DNA of 64,000 bases from a virus (Duplodnaviria; Heunggongvirae; Uroviricota; Caudoviricetes): IMG/VR virus record IMGVR_UViG_3300014205_000209, one strand, 5' to 3'. Positions 9,948 through 20,044 of this stretch are shown piece after piece. A program made the position numbers and the translations under genes. The notes under the pieces are model-generated. The model saw nothing but the letters and a program-made list of their open reading frames with translations. It searched no databases and was not told the DNA's origin. Position 1 is the stretch's first letter, and each line of letters starts with the position of its first letter.

Positions 9948-10874
9948 TTATAAATTCAGTTTTTGAATAACTTCATCCTGATATTTATTCCACCATTGAT
10001 AACCAATTTTGACGTATTCACTTTTGAATTTAAATCCATCCATAACATTTAATTCTTTAGGAATTTTTTCATCAATATCAATATAATCGAACAATTCAGG
10101 ATATTGTAATTTAGTCATTTCAGCTACCTGTAATTGAGTAGCTTTTGATTGACGTCTAGCCATACCAACAAATCCGAATGCTGCTTTTAAATTTTGAAAA
10201 ATACCAGTAGCATCTTTTTTAACTTTTTCAAAACTTTCATTAAGATTAACATTTCCTGTACCTAAATTTATTATTAAAACTTTTTCTTTTCCTAACCATC
10301 CTAATTTTTTTGCTTCAATTATACACTCTAACAATGTACAATTAGAATTACCTGTTCCACCATCTAAATACACTTTTCTGTCTTCTTCATCAATAGTTGC
10401 ACCAAAATATACTGGTGCTGAAAAAGAACATTGACAACAATAAGAAATAGACTTTATACATTTAGGTTTCCAAGACTTAAAATAAACATTACCTTCATTA
10501 TAACCTTTATCAACCGCATTTATTTGTAGTAATGTTTTAGTTTTTTGCATATCATCTAATCCGCCAATTTCTGCGATTGCTTTAGAGAAAGTATTAGTAA
10601 TAATTTCCTTCTTATATTTTGGTTGCCATAAGTATTTATTCTTAATAAAAATCTCTTCAGGTCTATCAACATACATACCAAAAATTTTACTAAATTTCAT
10701 GCCTGCTGCTAATCCACCTGCTTGAAGTGAACCTGTACTACACCCTGATAATAAAGCAATCAAATCTAATATAGAATAACCATACTTAAATAACATTTCT
10801 TCAAAACAATAACCTACCAAAGCTGAAATTGTTCCTTTATAACCACCACCTTCATGTGATAACATTACTTTCAT
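9948..10874 (-). CDS. patatin-like phospholipase
   Basis: Oxyanion-hole GGGYKG, nucleophile elbow GCSTGS (GxSxG) and catalytic DGG (YLDGGTGN), all in the canonical order. Confidence 0.7.
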   Translation of the reverse strand: MKVMLSHEGGGYKGTISALVGYCFEEMLFKYGYSILDLIALLSGCSTGSLQAGGLAAGMKFSKIFGMYVDRPEEIFIKNKYLWQPKYKKEIITNTFSKAIAEIGGLDDMQKTKTLLQINAVDKGYNEGNVYFKSWKPKCIKSISYCCQCSFSAPVYFGATIDEEDRKVYLDGGTGNSNCTLLECIIEAKKLGWLGKEKVLIINLGTGNVNLNESFEKVKKDATGIFQNLKAAFGFVGMARRQSKATQLQVAEMTKLQYPELFDYIDIDEKIPKELNVMDGFKFKSEYVKIGYQWWNKYQDEVIQKLNL

Positions 10875-11287
10875 AATATTTCATATCCTGATTCTTTAAA
10901 CATTTTAGAAGCCTTATTAATAATAGATTTTTTACTCTTTAAAGAAATAGTTATTTTTTTCCTCAATAATTTGTATACCATATCTACTATTTCTTTAGCA
11001 GTTTTATTTTTAAATGAAGCAATTTCAGGGGAATTTTGTATTTTAGATATAATTTTTTTCTTTATAACTAATTTTTTCTGTTCTGTTACAGAAATTTTCA
11101 CATGTTTAGACATTTGTTCTTCTGATAAAACAGGATGCTTTTCTTCTGCAATACCATTCTTTTCATCAAACTTTAATTTTAATACCTTAGTACATGAAAT
11201 ACAATAATAAGTTTCCGGCTTAGAACTTGCCATATATCCAACATTTTCATTTGTCAAATTTGTAGAACATTTAATACAACAAAGCAT
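10871..11287 (-). CDS. hypothetical zinc-ribbon protein
   Basis: CIKC...CISC pairs at the N-terminus and a basic C-terminus. Translationally coupled to the patatin gene. Confidence 0.3.
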   Translation of the reverse strand: MLCCIKCSTNLTNENVGYMASSKPETYYCISCTKVLKLKFDEKNGIAEEKHPVLSEEQMSKHVKISVTEQKKLVIKKKIISKIQNSPEIASFKNKTAKEIVDMVYKLLRKKITISLKSKKSIINKASKMFKESGYEIL

Positions 11288-11349
11288 GTTAATCTTTCTT
11301 TTTAAGTTTATTCATTGAAGTTACCATCAATATTATATATAATTAAATT

Positions 11350-11697
11350 ATGGCACAAAGAAAAATACAAATAATTAAAGCTACGCTCTTTATAGATATT
11401 GATGGTACTATTATTGATGCAGCTGAAAACGAATTACCATTTGCAATTGAAAAAATAAATGAAGCATATGATAATGATTATACAATTATCATAACTACTA
11501 TGAGAGGTGATAAATATTTTGATGAAAAAAGTAGATTTTCAAAAGAAAATACTTTAAAACTTCTCAGACGATTAAGAATAAAATATCATGAAATTATTTG
11601 GGATTCACCTTCACCAAGAATAATTATAAATGATGAAGGCATTGGTACTATAAAACATCCTCAATATTCTTCTTGGGAAAATTATAATTTTAACTAG
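11350..11697 (+). CDS. small HAD-like hydrolase domain protein
   Basis: FIDIDGTIID matches HAD motif I (DxDGT). First gene of a plus-strand island. Confidence 0.35.
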   Translation: MAQRKIQIIKATLFIDIDGTIIDAAENELPFAIEKINEAYDNDYTIIITTMRGDKYFDEKSRFSKENTLKLLRRLRIKYHEIIWDSPSPRIIINDEGIGTIKHPQYSSWENYNFN

Positions 11698-11706
11698 GAA
11701 ATAAAA

Positions 11707-11970
11707 ATGCAAGGCATAAATGTAAAAGATTGGAATGGACAATCAGTATTAAAAGAAAATGAATATGCAAAACATCCAACTCTCAATACCTGGTATTGTT
11801 GCACACCAAACGGACATATGGGAAATCTTGCTGGACACACAATAACTGAAAATGAAAATGATACGATTACAGTATCACCATCAATTCTTGTCCAATTCAC
11901 AAATAGTAAAGGTAAAAAACAAGAATTATGGCATGGTTATCTTGAAAATGGAATATGGAGATCTTGTTAA
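11707..11970 (+). CDS. hypothetical protein (plus-strand island)
   Basis: 87-aa ORF. Its start lies 10 nt after the stop of the preceding gene. Confidence 0.3.
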   Translation: MQGINVKDWNGQSVLKENEYAKHPTLNTWYCCTPNGHMGNLAGHTITENENDTITVSPSILVQFTNSKGKKQELWHGYLENGIWRSC

Positions 11971-12699
11971 AATATGAAATATTTAGAATGTACTTGTTGT
12001 GGTTTTTTAGCAGTTATTCAAGAAAAAGATGATCATTCTTTCCCTTGTCCATTCTGTGTTAGAACAAAATGTGAACATGATAAAGGAAAAACATTCGAAC
12101 CTATTTCTTCCATTTCTTTTAAAAATAAAGCTGAATTAAAGTAAAGGAAAATTATGTGGAAATTAGAAGATTTACAAACAAAAGATAGTCCACAAACATT
12201 TATTAATGGTAAATGGGTACCATCTAGACCAGAAAATTTTAAAAAAACATGTATGAGTCTTTCAGATAGATTTAAAAATGCTTGGGAAGTTTTTATGTGT
12301 AGAGCTGAAGCATTCAAATGGCCAGAAGGTCAATAATGGATAATATTACTAAAATGGATTCTATTACAAAACAAATAATCGAAAATATTAAATCTACATT
12401 TAAAAAAGAAGTTGATGAAGATATCAAACTTTTTGAAAATGAAACAAGTATAATAGAAACAAAATGTATTTAGGAAATTTTGGCAGCCAAGTTTGTGCTA
12501 TTACTACTAATGAAGGTAAACATTGTCCAGATATGCCAGAACATTATTTCGAACATAACGGAAAAGAAGTAGGACTTTGTAATCGTTGCTATGAAAATTA
12601 TCAAAATGGTAATTTTCATAAAATGTCAACAGATAATTTTATAAAAATTGATCCAATGTTTAAAATATCAAATAATAATTTCATTAATAAAGATAAATT

Positions 12700-13278
12700 C
12701 TAAAACGCATAATTTTTATTTTCTTTACGAATTTTATATTGCCAATCAACATCATATGATTTATTAGTTGTAAATTTTATTAAACCATTTCTATTTTTCA
12801 TTACCAAACCTTCTTGTTCAGCAACCTTAGTTACCTTATTAAAAACTTTAACAAAATCTTTTTTAAATTCTTTCGTAACAGAAATATTAGGTAATGGTTT
12901 CTTTATAAATGAATATAAAATTTCTTTTCTAACTTCTAATCTTTCTTCAACATCTTCGCCATTCAAATAATAAATATCATAAAAATATATAGTATCTTTT
13001 ATGTTTTTTGTATGAAAATGCATTAATTCACCATCAAACTGTGAATTGTTAGGTAAATTCAAAGAATATAACTGATCTGATAATTCTTTAGATGGTTGAT
13101 ATTTTAAAAGCTGTTTATGACGATTAAAAAAATGAAATTTTTTATCTATTAATTGTAAACATAATCTATCACCATTATATTTAATTTCAGCAAACCAATC
13201 ATCATCATCTGATAATCGTTTTACTAATGAACTATCTGGACTAATTAAAATTGGTCTGTTTGGATAATAGTATATCAT
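12700..13278 (-). CDS. ATP-dependent ligase-type nucleotidyltransferase domain protein (no OB domain)
   Basis: Ligase motif I EIKYNGDR (KxDG/KxNG), motif III QFDGELM, motif IIIa YDIYYLNGEDV, motif IV EGLVMKNRNG and motif V WQYKIRKE all fall within 192 aa. It ends at a TAG and has no downstream OB-fold. Confidence 0.5.
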   Translation of the reverse strand: MIYYYPNRPILISPDSSLVKRLSDDDDWFAEIKYNGDRLCLQLIDKKFHFFNRHKQLLKYQPSKELSDQLYSLNLPNNSQFDGELMHFHTKNIKDTIYFYDIYYLNGEDVEERLEVRKEILYSFIKKPLPNISVTKEFKKDFVKVFNKVTKVAEQEGLVMKNRNGLIKFTTNKSYDVDWQYKIRKENKNYAF

Positions 13279-13301
13279 TTGTATACTATATCAATTAGTT
13301 T

Positions 13302-14018
13302 TTACAAAAAAGATTTTATTTCATCAAAAGTTATTAATTGTCTATTATCTGTTAATGCTTTTTGTGGATCCTGATGAATTTCAACTTCTAAAAAATCAGT
13401 TTCAATTGCTAATGCAGCTTTCATCAAAGGAACTACATATTTTGTATTTCCAGCTGAATGTGAAGGATCAAAACATGAATAAACATTATCAATATTTTTA
13501 AAATAATCATTCAAAACAATCAATGCATCAAAATCAGGCATGAATCTAAAATGTTTATCAAAACTGCGAATACCTCTTGCACACATTATAATTTTATTCT
13601 TTTCGGGATTAAGATATTCCAATCCATCAATCCATTCATCAATAGTCATACCAAAGCCGCGTTTGTATAGAATAGTAATATTTTCCATACTACCTAAATA
13701 TTTCATCAATTCATAATTTTGTGAATTTCTGGATCCAATTTGAAATACATCAACAACATCACTAATTACATCAAAATTATTTTGACATAATATTTCAGTT
13801 ACAAATTTTAATTCAGGAAATTCACTTTTTAAATGTCTTAAATGAATTATTCCTTCATCACCAATTCCTTGCCATGATGTTGGATTAGTTCTTGGTTTCC
13901 AAAGCATTGCTCTATAATACTCTTGATGTGTATCTCTTAAAAAATTACAAACTATACGTTCAGATTCATAATTTTCAAATGAACAATGTCCAAGTATAAA
14001 TTTAGTTTGTTGTTTCAT
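13302..14018 (-). CDS. aroA(G): 3-deoxy-7-phosphoheptulonate (DAHP) synthase, class I-beta / KDO8P-synthase family
   Basis: ILGHCSFENYE (GPCSxE motif), LWKPRTNPTSWQG, FQIGSRNSQNYELMKYLG, YKRGFGMTIDE and IMCARGIRSF line up motif-for-motif with the DAHPS I-beta family. Confidence 0.75.
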   Translation of the reverse strand: MKQQTKFILGHCSFENYESERIVCNFLRDTHQEYYRAMLWKPRTNPTSWQGIGDEGIIHLRHLKSEFPELKFVTEILCQNNFDVISDVVDVFQIGSRNSQNYELMKYLGSMENITILYKRGFGMTIDEWIDGLEYLNPEKNKIIMCARGIRSFDKHFRFMPDFDALIVLNDYFKNIDNVYSCFDPSHSAGNTKYVVPLMKAALAIETDFLEVEIHQDPQKALTDNRQLITFDEIKSFL

Positions 14019-14286
14019 ACATTAACGCTTTCGATGACGCTAAAATTTGTTTCCATATATTTGTGATCACTTCACTAGTTAAATATTTTGAATATTCAAA
14101 ACTTATAGAAGATGAAATTTTGTTTATTATTTCTTCTTCTCTATTTTGATCTTCTACAATAATATTACTTTCTTTTTTTATTTTTGCTATTTCTTTAGCT
14201 AAGCTTAATCTAGTCTCTAACATTTCAACTATCAAATTGTCAACATCGTCAATTCTTTTTCGATATTCACTTAATCTGTTTTGCAT
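14002..14286 (-). CDS. chorismate mutase (AroQ-type) domain protein
   Basis: RKRIDDVDNLIVEMLETRLSLAKEIAKIK is the AroQ helix-1 signature. It overlaps the DAHP synthase start by 17 nt, the Bacillus-type CM–DAHPS arrangement. Confidence 0.55.
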   Translation of the reverse strand: MQNRLSEYRKRIDDVDNLIVEMLETRLSLAKEIAKIKKESNIIVEDQNREEEIINKISSSISFEYSKYLTSEVITNIWKQILASSKALMYETTN

Positions 14287-14581
14287 TTTTAATCCTTATT
14301 CATAAATTCTAATTTTGACATTTTATTTTCTTCAATTTCATTAACTTTTTCACAAGGTTCAACTATACATGTTATAAGTTCATTTTCGTTTAATAATTCA
14401 GTATTTAAAGAAGTTACAATTCCAATAGATTTTTTAAGATTATTTTCTTTTATTATTTTACCTTCAGAATTCAATGATATATGACATCCTAAAGTTAATT
14501 GTTCATTTTTTACAACATCAAAAGCAAGTGTAACAGGATTATAAATATACATAAAATTTTATTTTTATATGTGGTTTCATA

Positions 14582-16237
14582 TCAATCTTTTTCTATTTGT
14601 CTAACAATTACACCATTAGAATTTAAATAATCAATACTTGCTTGTTTACTCCGCGGATATATATCTAAATAAACAACTTCTTTAATTCCGCAGGCAACTA
14701 ATATTTTTGCACAATCTATACAAGGTTGTAATGAAATGTAAACAGTTAAATCTTTAGTTGAATATCCATTTTTACAACAAATTCCAATCATATTTTGTTC
14801 TGCGTGTACTTCGTGAATTACTGACCATTCATGATGTAATTCTTTCCATTCATTAGTTTTTTTCCATTCTTCATAAGAGATTTTTAAATTTTTAGTTATA
14901 TACATAGCTTTAAAATAATCATCACAATTAATCGATTTAGATAAAGTACCATTTATACCAGTTGCTACTATTCTTCCTTCACAACTTGCTATTGCTGAAA
15001 CTTTATAACTTTCACAATGTGATTTTTGACGCATTTTAATTAAAATATCTTTATATAAAGAATCTAAATCCCTTTTTGAATTCCTTGCATTTATATACTC
15101 ATTAAAAAAAGTATAATCTATTTCTCTAGAAGAATAAAATGTTGAATGTGTTTTTAAAGATATTATATCCTTCAAAAATGTTACTATATCTTCAGCATTT
15201 TTAAAATCATTTTCCCAAAGTAAAATATAATTTGGACAATTCTTTCTATTTACTTCATATAAACAATTAAAAGCTTTTTTAATTTCATACATATATTCAT
15301 TTTTTGTGAATCTATCAATATTTATAAAATCTTTGTGCCAATATGTACCATTATATTCAATTATACAATTATCAACGAATAGATCATGTACAAAATTTTT
15401 CTTATTATGTATTTGTCGTAATTCAATGTTGACGCAAGGCGAATAATATTTTTCTACATTAAAATTTTCTTTTTTTAAATATTCTATAATTTTTAATTCA
15501 ATTTTTGATGTTGTTATTACATTTCTAACAGCATTACTACCATTCTTTCTAGTATTTTTATACCAAGTATCATACATTTCATTTTTTCTTCTAACTTTAA
15601 TCGTTTCTTGTCCTCGCCTTGAAAAATCTTTGATTTTTTGTACTGCTTCATCATTTGTCCAACCACGTTTCAACCAATAATATGTTGAATTATTATGATT
15701 AGTTATTATATCAGAAAATTCTATTACAAACTTATCAAAAATTTCTATTTGTCCAAATGATGCTAATTTATATAATTCAATTGCTTTTTTGTAAGTAAAA
15801 TCATTATTGACTAAAAAATTTATAAAATTATCTTCTTTTAATTCACAGCCGGCAAAATATAATCGTACATTTTGATAAAATTTATCTTTAATTTTCTTTT
15901 CAGCATCTTCTAAAGTTAATCCTATTTCAAATAATTTTTTCCATTTTAACCAAGCAACTTTAATATGATTATCAAATTTTATATATTTAAAATATTCTTC
16001 ATTAAAATCTAAATATGTTTTACCATTAAAAAAACTTTTCTTACCACTAAATTTACATTTTTTTATATCAATGGTTCTATTAACTAAATGCCAACAATAT
16101 TCTAAATAAGATAACTTTTCTTTAAATAATTTTCTATATTCTATAAATAATTTATCGTAGAAAATTGACTTTCCTGAAACAATTTTATTTCTTAATGGTT
16201 CAAACTTTATTAAATCTTTTTTCAAATTATCCTCCAC
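14582..16237 (-). CDS. dCMP (deoxycytidylate) deaminase domain fused to a roughly 400-aa N-terminal domain of unknown function
   Basis: C-terminus has HAEQNMI and PCIDCAKIL (zinc-binding HAE...PCxxC of the cytidine/dCMP deaminase fold). The N-terminal 400 aa has no recognised motif. Confidence 0.65.
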   Translation of the reverse strand: MEDNLKKDLIKFEPLRNKIVSGKSIFYDKLFIEYRKLFKEKLSYLEYCWHLVNRTIDIKKCKFSGKKSFFNGKTYLDFNEEYFKYIKFDNHIKVAWLKWKKLFEIGLTLEDAEKKIKDKFYQNVRLYFAGCELKEDNFINFLVNNDFTYKKAIELYKLASFGQIEIFDKFVIEFSDIITNHNNSTYYWLKRGWTNDEAVQKIKDFSRRGQETIKVRRKNEMYDTWYKNTRKNGSNAVRNVITTSKIELKIIEYLKKENFNVEKYYSPCVNIELRQIHNKKNFVHDLFVDNCIIEYNGTYWHKDFINIDRFTKNEYMYEIKKAFNCLYEVNRKNCPNYILLWENDFKNAEDIVTFLKDIISLKTHSTFYSSREIDYTFFNEYINARNSKRDLDSLYKDILIKMRQKSHCESYKVSAIASCEGRIVATGINGTLSKSINCDDYFKAMYITKNLKISYEEWKKTNEWKELHHEWSVIHEVHAEQNMIGICCKNGYSTKDLTVYISLQPCIDCAKILVACGIKEVVYLDIYPRSKQASIDYLNSNGVIVRQIEKD

Positions 16238-16299
16238 CTATTTATAAAACTATAATTCTATTATATATTTTTTATAAATATTGGACAGATATTAAAAAG

Positions 16300-16590
16300 T
16301 TAGTATTCTTTTAATTTAAAACCTAATCCCCAATTGGTGAAACAAACTATTGAATCATTACAAATGTAATACGGTTTGCCACCTTTACCCTTAAATTCTT
16401 TTATTGATATTAATTCTATATTAGCAATTAAACCATTTTTAGTATTTTCAGGTGTTTGCTTTAATAATTTATCAACTGGTTTTTTGTACATTTCAATTAA
16501 AACTTCTGGGGCATTTACTTCAATTAATTTATTCAATTTTGTTTGTGCTTTTTCTAATAATTTTTGACGCATTGTTTCAAATATTGTCAT
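16300..16590 (-). CDS. hypothetical protein
   Basis: 96-aa ORF. Confidence 0.3.
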   Translation of the reverse strand: MTIFETMRQKLLEKAQTKLNKLIEVNAPEVLIEMYKKPVDKLLKQTPENTKNGLIANIELISIKEFKGKGGKPYYICNDSIVCFTNWGLGFKLKEY

Positions 16591-16893
16591 GATATTTTCT
16601 CCATATCATAAATATCATAAAAAATGTTATTAAAAGATAATTTATAAATACTGTGCGTAGCGATCTAAAATTTCATTAACATCATCTAAACCACAAAAAT
16701 AATTTCCAATATCAATAATATCCATTCCTAATGTATACGCATGTAAAACTTGCTCTACAATTTTAGGATCATACAAAATATTGGATAAATCTTTACGAGG
16801 TAATTTCTTCATATATGTATTATATATTTTTTAAACTATTCTATTGAATTTATAAAATTTTAAATTAAAACTTTACTTTATGATAGAGGTATT

Positions 16894-17841
16894 ATGAAAT
16901 ATGTCACATATTTAACAACTTACAAGGGAACTTTATTACCACCAAAATATATTGGTAGTACTTCTGAAGCTAATGCAAAATCTGGAATTTATTTTGGAAG
17001 TGTAGGTTCTAAAAAATGGAGTAAAATTTTTTGGTCAGAAATACAAAATAATGTACAATTATTTTCTTTAGAAATTATTTCATATCATGAAACACGAGAA
17101 GATGCTTTCATTGAAGAATTACGATTACAAAAACTTTATGATGTTGTAAATTCACCATATTATTTCAACGAAGCATATGCTTCAAAAAAATTCTTTTTGG
17201 GACATCCACATAGTGACGAAACAAAATTAAAAATTAAAACTTTACAAAAGAATTTTTCATTAGAAAAGAAAAACGAAATTTCACAAAAAATTTCAATAAA
17301 ATTGAAGGCAGCATGGAAAAAACCAGATGTAAGAAATAAAATGTCAAGAGCAAATTATTTAAAAAATATAGGAAGAAAACATACAGAAAAAAGTAAGCAA
17401 AATATGAGTAATGCACATTTTGGTTATAAACAATCAAAAGAGACAATAAAAAAAAGAAGTGAATCATTAAAAGGGCACAAAATGTCAGAAAAATGTAAAA
17501 AGGCAATTTTACAAGGTCGTTTGAATCATCCATTATCTGAAGAATCTAAAAAATTAATGTCTGAATCTGCAAAAAACAGAAAATTATCTACTGAAATTAG
17601 AAATGAAATGATACGCAAAATGCGTATAGCAAAACAAAAACCACGAAAGATTTTTGAATTAATTTCACCAGATAATTTTATATTAACATTTAATGGTTTA
17701 CAGGCAGTTAAAAATTTTGCTAATATACAAAACTTATCTTTTTCTGTTCTTAAAAACTGGATAAATAGAGGTAAAATTATACAAACATCTAAAAAATGGA
17801 TAGCAAATAAAAATTGGGAGTTATTAACACAACAACGGTAA
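16894..17841 (+). mobile_element. GIY-YIG homing endonuclease with tandem NUMOD3 DNA-binding repeats
   Basis: N-terminal YLTTYKGT...KYIGSTSE...GIYFGS (GIY-YIG). Repeated GHPHSDETKLKI / GRKHTEKSKQNMS / GHKMSEKCKKAI / NHPLSEESKKLMS units are NUMOD3-like. Plus-strand insertion. Confidence 0.65.
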
Positions 17842-18345
17842 ATTTTCAAATGTTTGTTTAATAATTTTCCAATCTTTTGGAATTGCTCCAGCCTTATCGT
17901 CAATAACAATGTTAAAATAAAATTTGATGGAAAAATCTGCATAAGCAGTATTTTTTTCTAAAGGATTACAATTAAAAAATTGAATTTTAATTTCATTAGC
18001 ATCAAATATTGGCTTATAATTTTTAAGATAAATATCTTGTGTGATTGAAGACCATCCAATTAAAATGATATCTGATCTTAAACTCAAATATTGCAGTGTT
18101 TCTTTAGCGTATGGTAAAAAGATAAGTTTTGTATTTTCATTATAACTGGATTTAAAAATAGTATCATGAAAATCAACTGCTATGTAAATTTTATTCCAAT
18201 TTCTTGATTTAGCTTTTGAAAATTCTTTTTCAACTACTAATCTTAAAGATTCATTATGTTTGAACCCATTATTAACAATAAGCAAAACTAACACAATAAT
18301 AACTGTACCAAACATGCATCCTAAAAAACTAATTAGTAAAATCAT
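17824..18345 (-). CDS. hypothetical membrane-anchored protein
   Basis: N-terminal transmembrane helix. IAVDFHDTIF is weakly HAD-like. Confidence 0.3.
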   Translation of the reverse strand: MILLISFLGCMFGTVIIVLVLLIVNNGFKHNESLRLVVEKEFSKAKSRNWNKIYIAVDFHDTIFKSSYNENTKLIFLPYAKETLQYLSLRSDIILIGWSSITQDIYLKNYKPIFDANEIKIQFFNCNPLEKNTAYADFSIKFYFNIVIDDKAGAIPKDWKIIKQTFENLPLLC

Positions 18346-18347
18346 TT

Positions 18348-18800
18348 TTAGCCCCTAATATTTTTTACTATATTTTGAACCATTACAGATGATACATTTT
18401 TATTTGCACTTTTAAATGCTTTCATAGCAATACCAATTGCCATACCTTCTGATTTTGCAAGTTTAATAGATTCAACATGTTCATTCAAAAAATCTTTAAC
18501 TTCTTGTTCAGATAATTCTTTAGGTAATAAACTATTCAAAATTTCAATTTCTTTTTTCAACTCTTCACTTATATTAGTATCTACCTGCCTCTTCTCGTAT
18601 TCTGCTATCCTCTCTAGATTACCTTGAATTAGCTTCTTTAATATCTTTATACATTGTTCATCAGTAACATCCTGAAATGCTCTCTGAATTTCACCTAAAG
18701 CAACCCTCAAAATACTTAACTCTTCATTATTACGGCTTTTCATAGCAATAACAATTTTTTCTTTAATCTGCTCAACTATCATTTTATTTCCTTGGTTCAA
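18348..18800 (-). CDS. GatB/YqeY-domain protein
   Basis: IVEQIKEKIVIAMKSRNNEELSILRVALGEIQ resembles the YqeY N-terminal signature. Length 150 aa fits. Confidence 0.45.
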   Translation of the reverse strand: MNQGNKMIVEQIKEKIVIAMKSRNNEELSILRVALGEIQRAFQDVTDEQCIKILKKLIQGNLERIAEYEKRQVDTNISEELKKEIEILNSLLPKELSEQEVKDFLNEHVESIKLAKSEGMAIGIAMKAFKSANKNVSSVMVQNIVKNIRG

Positions 18801-20044
18801 TAATTAAAGTCAATTTTTCTAAATTTTTCGTTTCTTTAATAGACATTGAAATACCTTGCATTAATTGTTTTTTATTTGAATAAACAACAACAACATTATC
18901 ATCATCTTTTGTTTTTACAATATAACTCATTATTTTCTCTTACTCTTTCTAAATTCTGTTTCAAATTCTTGAAGTTTACAACAAACAAAATACAAAGCAT
19001 CTTTACAATCACTTACCTTCTTTATCTTATTAATCGATTCCCATAATGAAACACTCTTTTTACCAGAAAAAATATCAATATCAACCTTCTTTTTTATTAT
19101 TTTTCTTTTGTAATCAGAACATATATTTGGCTGATTTGTAATAAAAACACTATCCTCGATTCCTTTACAATCTTTTCCTAAAAAACGACAAGTCTTACAT
19201 TTTTTCCAAAATTTCATTTTTCACCTTCATATTCTTTTATATCTAACTTAACAACTCTACCTCTACCTCTTTCAACTTCAGCTGCAGATCCATATGCAAA
19301 ACAAATTTCAAATATCTTTTTATGATGAATCATTTCTGGAACAGTTTTTCCTGTATCAATCCAACCATGATAAATTCCTGTTTCTGATTCAAAAACTAAC
19401 ACTTCAACAATATCTTCACCATACATTCTAGCCATACGTTCATTAACATAACAATCTAAAAATCTAATACCAGATTCATTAACAACTTTATGTCCGAACA
19501 TTTTCCACTTTTTCATTTTTCCTACACTATTATTAAAGATCCATTTACTGCAGTCAAAGCTGGAAAAAAAATATCTCTTAACATTTCATTAGCAAATGCT
19601 TTTTTAGTCATTATTAACATATGAATTTCATGTCCACGTATTCTATTTATATAACTAATATTGTCATCTTTGTCTTCAACTACTACTATAGTCTTTTCTT
19701 CACTTTTAGTAATTAACATTTAAGTATTGCCTTTATTTGATCATGAGTTATTGAACCTGAACCAATTGCTGCTTCATCACTTGAATCAAGATATTCATTC
19801 ATTTCGTGAAGTAAATCTGTTACTTCATCTGAAACTATCAATTTTCTATAATTTGTTTTTTTGTCTTGATCTTCAAGATACCACTCTGCAAATTGTTTAA
19901 AACGATGCATTGACATTGTAACAGTTGTATGTCCAAGTTTTAAAGTAACAAAATTTGGAGTAACCACTAAACTATCATCATTATGTCTAATCCCATTTTC
20001 TTGCAATTTTTTTGTATCTTGTTCGTCTTTACAATCACAAGGTC

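Noticed and set aside
12697-12702. Tested whether TAG is recoded (read through by the CUA-anticodon tRNA), using the ligase-domain ORF that stops at TAG.
   Set aside because: Read-through adds only 27 hydrophobic residues before a TGA with no ligase OB-domain motifs. Long ORFs elsewhere (RtcB, flotillin, 592-aa ORF) are intact under the standard code. Genome-wide recoding is therefore not supported in this window.
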